DNA from: an uncultured Gemmatimonadales bacterium
Lineage (GTDB): Bacteria; Gemmatimonadota; Gemmatimonadetes; Gemmatimonadales; GWC2-71-9
Assembly (NCBI GenBank): GCA_963771275.1
Contig: CAVYSW010000003.1
Coordinates: forward strand, 608,001-672,000
DNA length: 64,000 nucleotides
Direction of reading: 5' to 3'
Below are positions 26,736-36,696 of this stretch, piece by piece; positions within the stretch are counted from its first letter, which is position 1, and the number at the start of each line of letters is the position of its first letter. The notes beneath the pieces were generated by a model. The model saw nothing but the letters and a program-made list of their open reading frames with translations. It was not told the origin of the DNA and ran no database searches. The translations under genes and the position numbers were made by a program.

Positions 26736-28108
26736 GGACGCCTCGTTTCAAGACGGATCCCGGTGCGCCGCAGCTCCTGGCCGGGCTCCACTTTCACGTC
26801 TTCCTCGTACGGCAGATAGCCGTCGCGCTCGATCCGCAGCCGGTGCGGGCCGGCGGCGATCGGGACGTCGATCGCCGGCGTGCGGCCGACGCTCGTGCCG
26901 TCGATCGACAGGAACCCCCAGGGCTCCACGGAAACCCACAGGCGCCCCGGCGGCGGCACGAACGCGGGCTCGTCTTCGACCACCGGCTGGGCGACCAGGG
27001 GCGGGGCCGCGTGCGTCGCCGGCTCGGGAGTGCCGAAGCGCGGCAGCGCGATCAGTGCGGCCGCGGCCGCGACGCCCACGCCGCCGAGGATCAGCAGCCG
27101 GCGGACCAGGCTGGGCGCGCGCGCGCGCCGGAGCGGTGCCGTCGCCGCCGCGGTGAGCGACGTCTCGACGCGCTGGCTGGGGAGCGGACGCCGCGGCCGC
27201 CGGCCGCCCATCGACGTGAGCAGGTCCACCACGTCCGGGAAGCGGTCGTCGGGCTTCTTGCTCATCGCGCGCTCGAGCGCCTCCACCACCTGCGCCGGCA
27301 GGTCCGGCCGGTACTGCGCCAGCGACGGGGCCGGCTCCACGCAGTGCTTGCGGATGATCTCGCCCACCGCGTCGGCCGCGAACGGGTGCGTCCCCGACAG
27401 CAGCTCGAACGTGAGCACCGCGAGCGAATACTGGTCCGAGCGCCCGTCGAGCGGCTGGCCGTAGAGCTGCTCCGGCGACATGTACAGCGGCGTGCCGAGC
27501 GTGCCGCCCGTCTGGGTGAGCCGCGGGTTGCCGGTCGCCTTGGCAACCCCGAAGTCGCACACGAACGCCCAGCCGCTCTCGTCCAGCATGACGTTCGCCG
27601 GCTTCATGTCGCGGTGCACCACGCCACGCCGATGCGCGTAGTGCAGCGCGCCCACCACCTGCTCGACCACGCTGAAGCAGTCGTGCAGATCCAGCGGACC
27701 GGTGTCGCGCAGCAGCTCCTCGAGCGAGCGGCCGCGAATGTACTTCATGGTGTACCAGAGACACCGGCCGGTGCTCCCGAACCGGTGGATCGGGACGATG
27801 TTGGGGTGATCGAGCGACGCGGAGATCGTCGCCTCCTGGCGGAACCGCTCGACGGCGTTCGCGTCCTGCGTGTGACGGCGGGGCAGGACCTTGAGCGCGA
27901 CCAGACGGTTGAGCGCGGTCTCGCGCGCCAGGAAGACGACCGACATGCCGCCCTGGCCCAGGAAGCCCTCGAACCGGTAGTCCTCGGCGAGCGCCTCGCG
28001 AACGGCGAGGTCGGCCTCGTCGACGATGCTCAGCTCGTCGCCGGGCTCGGGAATGATGCGCCCCGCCAGCTGTTTGTCGCTGCGGGCCGCCAGCGCGATC
28101 TCTGGCAT
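26732..28108 (-). CDS. Hanks-type Ser/Thr protein kinase with TM helix and PEGA domain
   Basis: GQGGMS, VALK, HRDMKPAN, DFG and GTPLYMSPE; C-terminal GRTP...GPHRLRIERDGY. Confidence 0.93.
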   Translation of the reverse strand: MPEIALAARSDKQLAGRIIPEPGDELSIVDEADLAVREALAEDYRFEGFLGQGGMSVVFLARETALNRLVALKVLPRRHTQDANAVERFRQEATISASLDHPNIVPIHRFGSTGRCLWYTMKYIRGRSLEELLRDTGPLDLHDCFSVVEQVVGALHYAHRRGVVHRDMKPANVMLDESGWAFVCDFGVAKATGNPRLTQTGGTLGTPLYMSPEQLYGQPLDGRSDQYSLAVLTFELLSGTHPFAADAVGEIIRKHCVEPAPSLAQYRPDLPAQVVEALERAMSKKPDDRFPDVVDLLTSMGGRRPRRPLPSQRVETSLTAAATAPLRRARAPSLVRRLLILGGVGVAAAAALIALPRFGTPEPATHAAPPLVAQPVVEDEPAFVPPPGRLWVSVEPWGFLSIDGTSVGRTPAIDVPIAAGPHRLRIERDGYLPYEEDVKVEPGQELRRTGIRLETRRP

Positions 28109-28314
28109 CGGCCTCGACGGTGGAATCCGGACCTAGCAGGGGCACGATCCATACCGCCATGAGACAGACTGTCGCGAGCGGCGCCAACCGCCTGTGAGGG
28201 CGGGAGTTGCGGAAGGGGCGGCGCACAGCGTGTGAGCCGAGACGAGGGCAGCCGGTCTGGCGTCCTGCAAGGCGGTCCCGCGCCGGCGCTCGACGTTGTG
28301 CGGTGGATCACAGG

Positions 28315-28389
28315 AATGATCAATGCTCAATGATCAATGCTCAACGTCCAAGTACTTGAACATTGAACATTGAACATTGATCATTGAGC
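28315..28389. repeat. AT-rich inverted array of heptamers
   Basis: (AATGATC/AATGCTC)x4, central CAAGTACTTG, then (TTGAACA)x3 TTGATCA TTGAGC. Confidence 0.85.
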
Positions 28390-28894
28390 CTTCCGCAGCG
28401 CCTTCGCCACCGCGGCCGCGATGTCCTGATCGGCGCCGTAGCCGGTGTACACCACCCGGCCGGCCCGATCGAGCGCCACGACGTACGAGGTGCCGGGCGT
28501 GTCGAACGCGCGAACCGCCTTGCCCTCGCCGTCCCACAGCACGCGTCCCGGCATCTTCTCGTCGGCGAGGTGCCGCTGGATCGAGCGCGGCGTCTGTCCG
28601 ACCCCGACGGCCACGATCAGGAACGCGACGCTCGTGTCGGCCTGCGCGTGCGCCGCCGCGAGACGCGGCAGCAGCTTGCGGCACAGCGGGCACCATGTGG
28701 CCCAGAATTCCACGAGCACCGGTTTCTTCCCGATGTACGGGCCAGATCCACTGGATTGCCGTCGAGGTCCGCCAGCGTCACGGCGGGCGGGGTCGCGCCG
28801 ACGGCGATGCCGATCTGCTCCTGGGCGGCCGCGGGCGCGGAAAAGGCGACGCCGCACACCAAGGCTCCACAGCCGCGGCGGCCCATCGGCTCAT
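28381..28894 (-). pseudogene. TlpA-family thiol-disulfide oxidoreductase, frameshifted (possibly sequencing indels)
   Basis: GIAVGATPPAVTLADLDGNPVDL and YIGKKPVLVEFWATWCPLC are in different frames, with the shift near 28740. Confidence 0.8.
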
Positions 28895-28938
28895 CGGCAG
28901 TCGGCCATCGGCCATCGGCCCATCGGCAATCGGCTCAT
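28883..28938. repeat. CATCGGC heptamer tandem repeat
   Basis: About 7 imperfect units between ccdA and the TlpA gene; related units at ~41696-41714. Confidence 0.7.
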
Positions 28939-28943
28939 TCGTC

Positions 28944-29675
28944 TCACCATACCATGCCCGCCTGTACGAAGTAGTACTCCGCCATGGCGAGGATGATCAC
29001 GCCACCCAGCCGCTTCATCCACACCATCCAGCGCCCCGACCGCGGCAGGGCCGCCAGGGTGCCGGAGAACAACCCGACGACGACCAGCAGGGCCGTCATG
29101 CCGAGCGAGAACGCGAACAGATAGAGGAACCCGAGCAGCGCGCTGCGGGTTCCGGCCACCCAGGTGAGCACGGCGGCGAAGGCCGGTGCGCCGCACGGTG
29201 CCGCGACGAGGCCCGACGTCGCGCCGAGCAGGAACACCGCCGGCACCGATCCGCCGCGCAGGCCGCCGGCCCAGCGCAGCCATCGCTGGGGCGTGCTCAC
29301 CGGAATGACGTCGAGCATCGCGAGGGCGAAGAGCAGCAGGAGGTTGCCGACCGCGAGCCGGGCCCACGGACTCGCCCCCACCGTGCCGAACAGCGAGCCG
29401 GAGAGCCCCGCGACGAGGCCGAGGGTGGCGTACAGCAGCGCGAGTCCCAGGACGTAGGCGACCGTGAGGACCGCGGTGCGGGCGCGGCTCCTGCCCTGCT
29501 GCGCCGTGCCACCCATCACCCCGACGGTGATCGGAATCATCGGGTAGATGCAGGGCGTGAGGCTGGTCAGCACGCCGGCGCCGAACAGCAGCCCGATGGC
29601 GACGGGCGGGCTGTGCGCGAGCGCGCCGGTGAGGCCGAGGGCGGCGAGGAACGGGTACGCGGGGACAGCGGGCAC
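28944..29675 (-). CDS. ccdA: Cytochrome c biogenesis CcdA / DsbD transmembrane domain
   Basis: LTSLTPCIYPMIPIT, LVAAPCGAP and LPRSGRWM. Confidence 0.88.
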   Translation of the reverse strand: MPAVPAYPFLAALGLTGALAHSPPVAIGLLFGAGVLTSLTPCIYPMIPITVGVMGGTAQQGRSRARTAVLTVAYVLGLALLYATLGLVAGLSGSLFGTVGASPWARLAVGNLLLLFALAMLDVIPVSTPQRWLRWAGGLRGGSVPAVFLLGATSGLVAAPCGAPAFAAVLTWVAGTRSALLGFLYLFAFSLGMTALLVVVGLFSGTLAALPRSGRWMVWMKRLGGVIILAMAEYYFVQAGMVW

Positions 29676-29810
29676 GAGCGTATCATAGACGCAGAAGGCT
29701 GGGACGGGCAGAGGGGAACAGGGTCGGCACCAAGTTCGCGGACGGCCGGTAGCGGGCGCGCCGCGGCCGTATATTAGGCCCCTGTCATCCCCTCTCGACC
29801 GGACGCTGTC

Positions 29811-31358
29811 GTGGGCGAAACCCGCGTAGACCTGCTCCACCTCCTCGAGGACCTCCGCGACGCATATCCCGGCTCGCTTGAGGAAACCATCGTGAGCGAG
29901 GTGGTCGCCAACGCGCTCGACTCGGGGGCGCGGCGCGTGACCTTCGCCGCCGATCCCACGGCGGCGACGCTCACCGTGGTGGACGACGGGCGCGGCATGG
30001 CGCGGCGGGAGCTGGCACGCTATCACGACCTCGCGGCCAGCACCAAGCTGCGCGGCCGCGGCATCGGGTTCGCGGGCGTCGGGATCAAGCTCGGTCTGCT
30101 TGTGTGCGAGGAGGTCGTGACCGAGACGCGGCGCGGCAAGACCCACGTGGCAACCCTGTGGCACCTCGCGTCGCGTCACCGGGCGCCGTGGAAGTGGGTG
30201 CCCCCGGTGGGCCTTGTGGGTGAAGGGGGAACGGGCGTGCGCCTCCGGCTCGGGAACCCGCTGTCACCCCTGGTTGACGCGGCATTCGTCGAAGCAGCCG
30301 TGCGGCGGCACTACCAGCCGCTGCTCGAGGGCGAGTTCACGGCAGTGCTGGCGGCCTACCCCGAGGGGATCCGGTTCGTCGTGAACGATCGGCCGCTCAC
30401 GCCGGAGGCGGATGACGGAGAGCGCGCGCCGGTCGCCGTACGCGTGGGGCGGCGGCGGAAGCCCTCGGCGGTGGGCTACCTGCGGCGCACCGGCGATGTG
30501 CTCCCGGAGGACGAGCGGGGCGTCGCGGTCAGCACGCTGGGCAAGGTGATCAAGCGGGGGTGGGACTGGCTCGGCGTCTCCCCAGCGCAGCCCGACCAAG
30601 TGTCGGGCCTCATCGAGGTGCCGGCGCTGGCCGAGTGCCTCACGCTCAACAAGGCCGATTTCATTCGCGTGGGCGCGCGCGGCGCGGTGTATCTCGCCCA
30701 CCGCAAAGCGATCCAGCAGGCGGTGGGCGCGCAGCTCGCAGCGTGGGGCGATGCGCCGGCCGAAGAGGCGCGGAAGTCCAAGACGCGGCCGATGGAACGG
30801 GATCTCGAGAAGGTGCTGGTGGACTTGGCGGACGAGTTTCCGTTGCTCGCGACGCTGGTCGAGCGGCACAAGGGCGGGCAGACGCGTCTTCCCATGGGCC
30901 GGGGAGGGCCGGGCCTCGTGCCGGTCGGACCCATGGAGATCAGCGGGGGCGAGGAGCCTGAGACTTCGGCGCCCGGGGAGCCGGAGACGCTGGCCGAGGC
31001 CGCCCCTGCGGTCGCGGAACCCGTTGCTCCGGAGTCCGGCGCGGAGCCCGTGCCTCCCGTTTCCTATCCGGGGATCGCGGGTCCCAAGCGTCCGGCGCGC
31101 TACGGGCTCCAGATTCGCTTCGAGCGCCGTCCGGATGACCTGGCACTCGGCCGGTTGGTCGAGTCCACGGTCTGGGTGAACGAGGCGCATCCGGCGTATC
31201 GTCGCGCGGTGGTGTCACGCGCCGAGGGATATCACATCGCGCTCGCGACGGCGATGGCGATCGGACCGCTGGCGGTGGAGGCGGCGCGGGTGCCGGAGTT
31301 CGTGACGACGTTTCTGGCGCGGTGGGGGGAGGCGGGAGGGGGGAAGAGGCGCAGGTAG
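29811..31358 (+). CDS. GHKL (HATPase_c_3, MORC/MutL-like) ATPase
   Basis: EVVANALD, DDGRGM, STK and GFAGVGIK Bergerat-fold motifs; Pro/Glu-rich linker; C-terminal VWVNEAHPAY. Confidence 0.8.
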   Translation: MGETRVDLLHLLEDLRDAYPGSLEETIVSEVVANALDSGARRVTFAADPTAATLTVVDDGRGMARRELARYHDLAASTKLRGRGIGFAGVGIKLGLLVCEEVVTETRRGKTHVATLWHLASRHRAPWKWVPPVGLVGEGGTGVRLRLGNPLSPLVDAAFVEAAVRRHYQPLLEGEFTAVLAAYPEGIRFVVNDRPLTPEADDGERAPVAVRVGRRRKPSAVGYLRRTGDVLPEDERGVAVSTLGKVIKRGWDWLGVSPAQPDQVSGLIEVPALAECLTLNKADFIRVGARGAVYLAHRKAIQQAVGAQLAAWGDAPAEEARKSKTRPMERDLEKVLVDLADEFPLLATLVERHKGGQTRLPMGRGGPGLVPVGPMEISGGEEPETSAPGEPETLAEAAPAVAEPVAPESGAEPVPPVSYPGIAGPKRPARYGLQIRFERRPDDLALGRLVESTVWVNEAHPAYRRAVVSRAEGYHIALATAMAIGPLAVEAARVPEFVTTFLARWGEAGGGKRRR

Positions 31359-31446
31359 GAGGCCTCGGGTGGCGTGTCGAGCCGGGAGCCCTATTATTCC
31401 TACGAGCCGCCTTCCCACGAACCGCACGGACGCCCTAGGAGGAGCC

Positions 31447-32169
31447 TTGAGCCGCCCGCACGTCCCCCTCGGCGTAGGGATCTACACTCGGGCTGAGGCT
31501 GCACGCCTCCTTCGCCTGACTCCACAGCGCTTGGGCCGCTGGGTGCGGGGATACACGTACTGGCTCAGGTCGGGCCTTCGCACGCGCCGCACGCGCCAAC
31601 CGCCGGTCGTCCAGACCGACCTCCCGACGATTGACGGGGTCGTAGCCCTCTCATTCCTGGAACTCATGGAGTTGCGGGTCGTACGCGGTTTCGTCGAGAA
31701 GGGCGTGCCCCTGCAGCGGGTCCGGGTGGCCGCGCGCCGCATCGCCCAGCTGTTTGACACACCTCACCCGTTTGCACACCGACGGCTCTTCACCGACCAC
31801 GAGGAGATCTTCGTCGGGTTGTCGGAGGACGAATCACCGCCCGACCTGATGCAGGTCACCGGCCGCCAGGCGACGCTCCAGCTCATCGCCGGGAGTCTGC
31901 TCGAGCACTACGTCGAGGAGATGGACTTCGACGCGACGACCTCGTTGGCGCAACGCTGGTTCCCTCTGGGTCGCGGCGTTCCGGTCGTTCTCGATCCACG
32001 CATCGCGTTTGGGGCTCCGGTCCTAGTCGGTACGCGAATCCGAACCGATATCCTTAGCCTGTACGCCTCCGGGAATTCGGAACCGGCCGTCGCCCGTGCC
32101 TTCGAGCTATCGGCCGCCCTGGTGAGTGCGGCGATCGCGTTCGAGACTCAACTGGCCCGCGCCGCTTGA
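31447..32169 (+). CDS. HTH-DUF433 antitoxin (VapB45-like)
   Basis: YTRAEAARLL, LSFLELMEL and VVLDPRIAFGAPVLVGTRI; TTG start after GGAGGAG. Confidence 0.85.
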   Translation: MSRPHVPLGVGIYTRAEAARLLRLTPQRLGRWVRGYTYWLRSGLRTRRTRQPPVVQTDLPTIDGVVALSFLELMELRVVRGFVEKGVPLQRVRVAARRIAQLFDTPHPFAHRRLFTDHEEIFVGLSEDESPPDLMQVTGRQATLQLIAGSLLEHYVEEMDFDATTSLAQRWFPLGRGVPVVLDPRIAFGAPVLVGTRIRTDILSLYASGNSEPAVARAFELSAALVSAAIAFETQLARAA

Positions 32170-32561
32170 TCTTCCTGCTGGACGCCAACTTCCCGCCGCA
32201 GTTGGCGCGCGCCCTCCAAGACCTCGATCAGGAAGACTGCCAGTTCCGCCATTCGCCGGCCGAGTTTGGGGCCGACGCTTCCGACGAGGAGATCTTCGCA
32301 GCCCTCAAGGGACGAGGTTGGTTCCTGGTTACGCTGGACGCCAAGATGTCCCGGCGCCCAGCGCAGCGGCAGGCGATTCTCGATGCGGGGCTCGGCGTGT
32401 TCGTGTTCACCGGGCGGGCGCTGCCCCAGCGATCATTCCGTCAGATCGCGGCATTCGTCTTATCGGTGGCTGATGACATGCTGGAGCGTGCGGGATTCAC
32501 CGACCGGCCGTTCATCTGGGGGATCTCGGACAAGCGGGGGTTCGAGCGGCTGGACCGGTAG
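32166..32561 (+). CDS. PIN-like toxin (DUF5615/VapC45-like)
   Basis: FLLDANFP, ASDEEI and LVTLD; overlaps the antitoxin stop. Confidence 0.85.
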   Translation: MIFLLDANFPPQLARALQDLDQEDCQFRHSPAEFGADASDEEIFAALKGRGWFLVTLDAKMSRRPAQRQAILDAGLGVFVFTGRALPQRSFRQIAAFVLSVADDMLERAGFTDRPFIWGISDKRGFERLDR

Positions 32562-32578
32562 GACTCTACGGTGGGGGC

Positions 32579-33685
32579 ATCCTGGAACTTCGAGCGCACC
32601 TTGAGCACCTCGAAGTCACAGAGGTACGGCGGATCGTGCCGGGTGGCCTCATCGAACGCGTAGGCGAAGGTAGGCTCCCCCGTCGGGCAATCGAACAGCG
32701 CGAACGTGTCGTGGTCCACGTGGTCGCGCGGCGTGGCGGTGAGGCCCAACGTCAGGCCGTGGAAATACCGCACCACCTGCTGGTACATGTTGTAGATGCT
32801 GCGATGGCTCTCGTCGGCGACGATCAGGTCGAAGAAGAACGGCGAGATCCAGGTGGCGGGTGTGGCCCCGGCCTCGATCAGGTTGAGCATCGTGGGATAG
32901 GTCGTGACGTAGACCCGGCGGTTCCTGTCGAACGCGGTCTCCCCCTGCTCGGGCCACCGCGGCGACGACGGCAGATGCTCTTTGAACGCGCCGAGCGCCT
33001 GCTCCTGGAGCGCGATGCGGTCCACCAGGAACAGGACGCGCTTGACCCAGTGCGCGCGCATCAGCGCATCCACCAAGGCCACGGCGGCGCGCGTCTTCCC
33101 CGTACCGGTCGCCATCACCATCAGGGATTTCCGTCGCTTGGCCTCGATCGCTTCGAGCAACGTCCGGATCGCCTCGATCTGATAGTCGCGGCCGGCGATT
33201 CGGGTGTTGATCAGCTCGACCGACAGCGCGCCCTGGGTTTCACGGCGCTGAGCCAGCCACTCCAGGTCGTCCCGGGTGGGGAATCCCGCGACCTTGGCCG
33301 GGGCCCATCGCTCCGAGTCCCAGAAAAAGGTCTCGTAACCGTTGGTGTACATGACGAAGGGCACCCCGCCGCCGTGGATGGCGTGGAGGGCCTGGGCGTA
33401 CTGGAGGGCCTGCTCTTGCCCCACCTGCGCGTCGCGACTGGTCTTCTTCGCCTCGACCACGGCGCACGGCTTTCCGGCGAGTAGGAGCCCGTAGTCGGCA
33501 AACTGGTGGCCTTCGTAAGGGTGTCGCGGGGCTCGGCGGTCCTTGACCGAACCCGAGGGGTCCAGCACGATGTCCAGCTCCTGAATCACCTGCGTGGGGT
33601 CAGCCACGTTCCAGCCCGCCAGCTTGAGCCTGCGGTCGATCACCTGCTGGCGGGTATCGGCTTCAGAGTAGGGCTCGGGCGTCAT
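32579..33685 (-). pseudogene. hsdR: Truncated type I restriction enzyme R subunit (EcoAI/EcoEI-like HsdR)
   Basis: SEADTR, ADY..VVEAKK, RDYQ, MATGTGKT, DESHRS and GLTATP; ends after ~370 aa with no helicase C domain. Confidence 0.85.
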
Positions 33686-33703
33686 GCCACCCCGTCGCGA
33701 AGG

Positions 33704-35164
33704 CTATTGGCTCCCCAGCTGCGGCTTCTTCCCCAGCACGTCCTCCACACTCATGACGCGGACCGGCCCGAGCTTGAGCGCGCGGATTCCGGCCTCGATC
33801 TTGGCGCGGTCGCCGACGACCACGACCACCATCGTGTTGGGGTCGACGTACCGCCGCGCGGCCGCTTCCACCTGGCTGGGAGTGACGCCGAGGATCCGCG
33901 CGACGTAGTGATTGAAGTAGTCTAGCGGCAGGCCGTACTGCACCAGCTCGGCGATGTTCCCCGCGATGTCGTCCACCGACTGGAACCCACCGGGATAGCC
34001 CAGCGCCTCGTAGTTCTCCGCCCGCGTGACGTCCTCGATCGGGATCGGCCGCCGGATGCCGGCGAACTCCTTGAAGAACTCGGCCAGCGCCTTGTCGGTG
34101 ACCTCGGTCTGCACCGCGGATGAGGCGAGGAACGGCCCGGGATCGAGCCGGAACGCGAACGACGAGCTGGCACCGTACGTGTAGCCCTTGTCCTCGCGCA
34201 GATTCTGGTTCAGGCGCGAGGTGAACGACCCGCCGAGGATGGTGTTCATCACCAGGATCGCGTAGTAGTCCTCGCTCTGCCGCGCGGCGCCGATCCGGCC
34301 GATGCGGATCTCGCTCTGCGGGGCCCCGGGCTTGTCCACCAGCAGCACCTCGCGCCGCGTCACCTGCTTCGCGGGGGGCACGACGAGCTTCGGCGGGTTC
34401 CCGGCCGCCCACGTGCCGAACGCCGCCTCGAGCTTGGGCAGCAGGACGGCAGGCGTCACGTCGCCCACGACGATGACCGTCGCGTTGCTCGCCGTGAAGT
34501 ACGTGTCGTGGAATCGCGTGAGGTCAGCCACGGAGACCGCCCGGATCGACGCCTCGTCGCCGACGGCCGGGTACCCGTAGGGGTGCCTGGCGCCGTACAG
34601 CGTGCGGTTGAACAGCACCGACGCCACGATGCGCGGCTCGTCGTAGGCCTGGAGCAGCGACGTGAGCCGGCTGGCGCGTTTCCGCTCGAGCTCGGCACCG
34701 GGGAACGTCGGGTGCAGCACCACATCCGCGAGCAGCGGCAACGCGTCGTCCAGCCGGGACACCGCGGTGTACAGGCTCGCCCCCATCGCGTGCGTGCTGG
34801 CGCTGGTGCTGAGCCGCGCGCCGAGAAAATCGACGGCGTCGGCCAGCTCGAGCGCGTTCCGGCTCCCCGCTCCCTCGTCCATCATGTCGGCCACGAGCGA
34901 CGCGAGGCCGATCCGATCGGCCGGGTCGTTGGCGGAGCCGGCGCGCACCATCACCCCGATCTCCACCACCGGGACCTCGTGCTTCTCCATCAGCAGCACG
35001 CGGAGCCCGTTGGACAGCCGCTGATCGTGGATCGGCGGCAGCGACAGCGTCGGCGGCTCCGTGAGCTGGGGCGGAGCGCTGCGGTCGGGTCGCTGGGCAC
35101 TGAGGGGCGCGACGCACGCGAGCGCCGCCACCGCGAAAAGCATCATCGTCTTCATGGTCGTCAC
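33704..35164 (-). CDS. M16 peptidase, non-catalytic subunit
   Basis: LSNGLRV and GGSFTSRLNQNLREDKGYTYG; lacks HxxEH. Confidence 0.9.
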   Translation of the reverse strand: MTTMKTMMLFAVAALACVAPLSAQRPDRSAPPQLTEPPTLSLPPIHDQRLSNGLRVLLMEKHEVPVVEIGVMVRAGSANDPADRIGLASLVADMMDEGAGSRNALELADAVDFLGARLSTSASTHAMGASLYTAVSRLDDALPLLADVVLHPTFPGAELERKRASRLTSLLQAYDEPRIVASVLFNRTLYGARHPYGYPAVGDEASIRAVSVADLTRFHDTYFTASNATVIVVGDVTPAVLLPKLEAAFGTWAAGNPPKLVVPPAKQVTRREVLLVDKPGAPQSEIRIGRIGAARQSEDYYAILVMNTILGGSFTSRLNQNLREDKGYTYGASSSFAFRLDPGPFLASSAVQTEVTDKALAEFFKEFAGIRRPIPIEDVTRAENYEALGYPGGFQSVDDIAGNIAELVQYGLPLDYFNHYVARILGVTPSQVEAAARRYVDPNTMVVVVVGDRAKIEAGIRALKLGPVRVMSVEDVLGKKPQLGSQ

Positions 35165-36525
35165 TCGCTCGCCGGCTTGCCGGCCGCCAGCTCGGGCTTG
35201 CCCTGCGGCACGACGCTCAGGATCACGCGCGCGTCATCCTTGAGCACGGCCTGTACGATCGCCTGCACGTCGTCGGGGCCCAGCGCCCGGTAGCGCGCCA
35301 GATCCTCGTTGAAGTAGTCGGGGTTCCCCGTGCGGAACTGGTAGCTGTCCAGCTGATCCGCCTTCACGAAGATGCTCTCGAGCTGGGAGAGGAATCCGAC
35401 CTCGTTCTGGTTCACCGCGCGCTGCACTTCCCGGGCGGTCGGCCCATCCGCCTTGAGCCGATCCAGCTCCTCGTGGATCACACTCTCGATCTCGCCCAGG
35501 GTGTGACCGCTCCGCGCGGTGGACGTGATGCAGAACCGGGAGCCCAGCTCGGCCGACCCCTGATACGCCGAGACGTCCTGCGCGATCTGCATGTCGTACA
35601 CCAGGCGCTTGTACAGCCGGGCGTTCTTGCCGCCCGCCAGCACGCTGGCCGCGACATCGAGCTCGGCGTCGCCCGGCGCGAAGATCGCCGGCGAGAGCCA
35701 GCACATGTAGAGCCGCGGCAGCTGCACCCGGTCCTCCAGCACGACGCGCTTCTCCGCGGTGAGCCACGCGGCGGGGCCGACCAGCGGCCCCACTGGCTTG
35801 CCGGCCGGCACGTCGCTGAACCAGTGCTCCACCATGCGCCTCGTGGCGGCCGGGTCGATGTCGCCCGCGATCGCGAGGGCGGCGTTGCCGGGCGCGTAGT
35901 AGGTCTTGAAAAAGCTCACCACGTCGTCGTAGCTCGCCGCGGAGAGATCCTCCTGCGAGCCGATCGTGGACCAGTGATACGGGTGGTCCGGCGGGTAGAG
36001 ATGCTCGCCCAGCACGATCGACGCGCGGCCGTACGGGCGGTTCTCGATGCCCTGACGCCGCTCGTTCTTCACGACGTCGCGCTGCCCGTTCACCTTGTCG
36101 GGCGACATCGCGTCGATCAGATAGCCCATCCGGTCCGACTCGAGGAACAGCGCCAGCTCCAGCGCGCTCTTCGGCACGATCTCGAAGTAGTTCGTCCGGT
36201 CGGTGTTGGTCGAGCCGTTGTTGTTGCCGCCCGCCGCCTCGAGCCACTCGTCGAACTTCCCTTCCTGGACGTGGCCCGACCCCTCGAACATGAGGTGCTC
36301 GAACAGGTGCGCGAAGCCGGTACGCCCCGGCGTCTCGCGCGCCGAGCCCGCGTGGTACCACACGTCCACGGCGACCATCGGCGTGGTCGTGTCGCGGTGC
36401 AGCAGCACCGTGAGCCCGTTGGGGAGCGTGAACCGCTCGTAGGGCACCGACAGGCGGCGATCCTGCGCCCCCGCGGGGGACGACAGGACACAAATCAGGA
36501 GGAGGAACGGCAGGCTGCGCTTCAT
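35161..36525 (-). CDS. M16 zinc peptidase, catalytic subunit
   Basis: GFAHLFEHLMF (HxxEH), NGST and VVKNERR. Confidence 0.93.
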   Translation of the reverse strand: MKRSLPFLLLICVLSSPAGAQDRRLSVPYERFTLPNGLTVLLHRDTTTPMVAVDVWYHAGSARETPGRTGFAHLFEHLMFEGSGHVQEGKFDEWLEAAGGNNNGSTNTDRTNYFEIVPKSALELALFLESDRMGYLIDAMSPDKVNGQRDVVKNERRQGIENRPYGRASIVLGEHLYPPDHPYHWSTIGSQEDLSAASYDDVVSFFKTYYAPGNAALAIAGDIDPAATRRMVEHWFSDVPAGKPVGPLVGPAAWLTAEKRVVLEDRVQLPRLYMCWLSPAIFAPGDAELDVAASVLAGGKNARLYKRLVYDMQIAQDVSAYQGSAELGSRFCITSTARSGHTLGEIESVIHEELDRLKADGPTAREVQRAVNQNEVGFLSQLESIFVKADQLDSYQFRTGNPDYFNEDLARYRALGPDDVQAIVQAVLKDDARVILSVVPQGKPELAAGKPASE

Positions 36526-36610
36526 GAGGCATCTCCGTGAACAAGCGCGTTTCCGGGAAGCCCCGGCGGACGCAAGCTAATACTGTGGACCGGCGGGAAG
36601 CGGAAGGGCT

Positions 36611-36672
36611 CACCGCAGAGGGCGCAGAGCACGCAGAGATATGCCTCCGCGGGCTCTGTGCACCCTGCGATG
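36611..36672. repeat. Nonamer-unit REP-like inverted repeat
   Basis: CACCGCAGAG GGCGCAGAG CACGCAGAG ... CTCCGCGGG CTCTGTGCA CCCTGCGATG. Confidence 0.65.
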
Positions 36673-36696
36673 GACCGACGTCGTCCTGCAGCGCCG

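Noticed and set aside
32441..32578. C-terminal part of the 414-aa hsdR ORF as real protein
   Set aside because: Read-through into the antisense strand of the PIN toxin gene after the truncation point.
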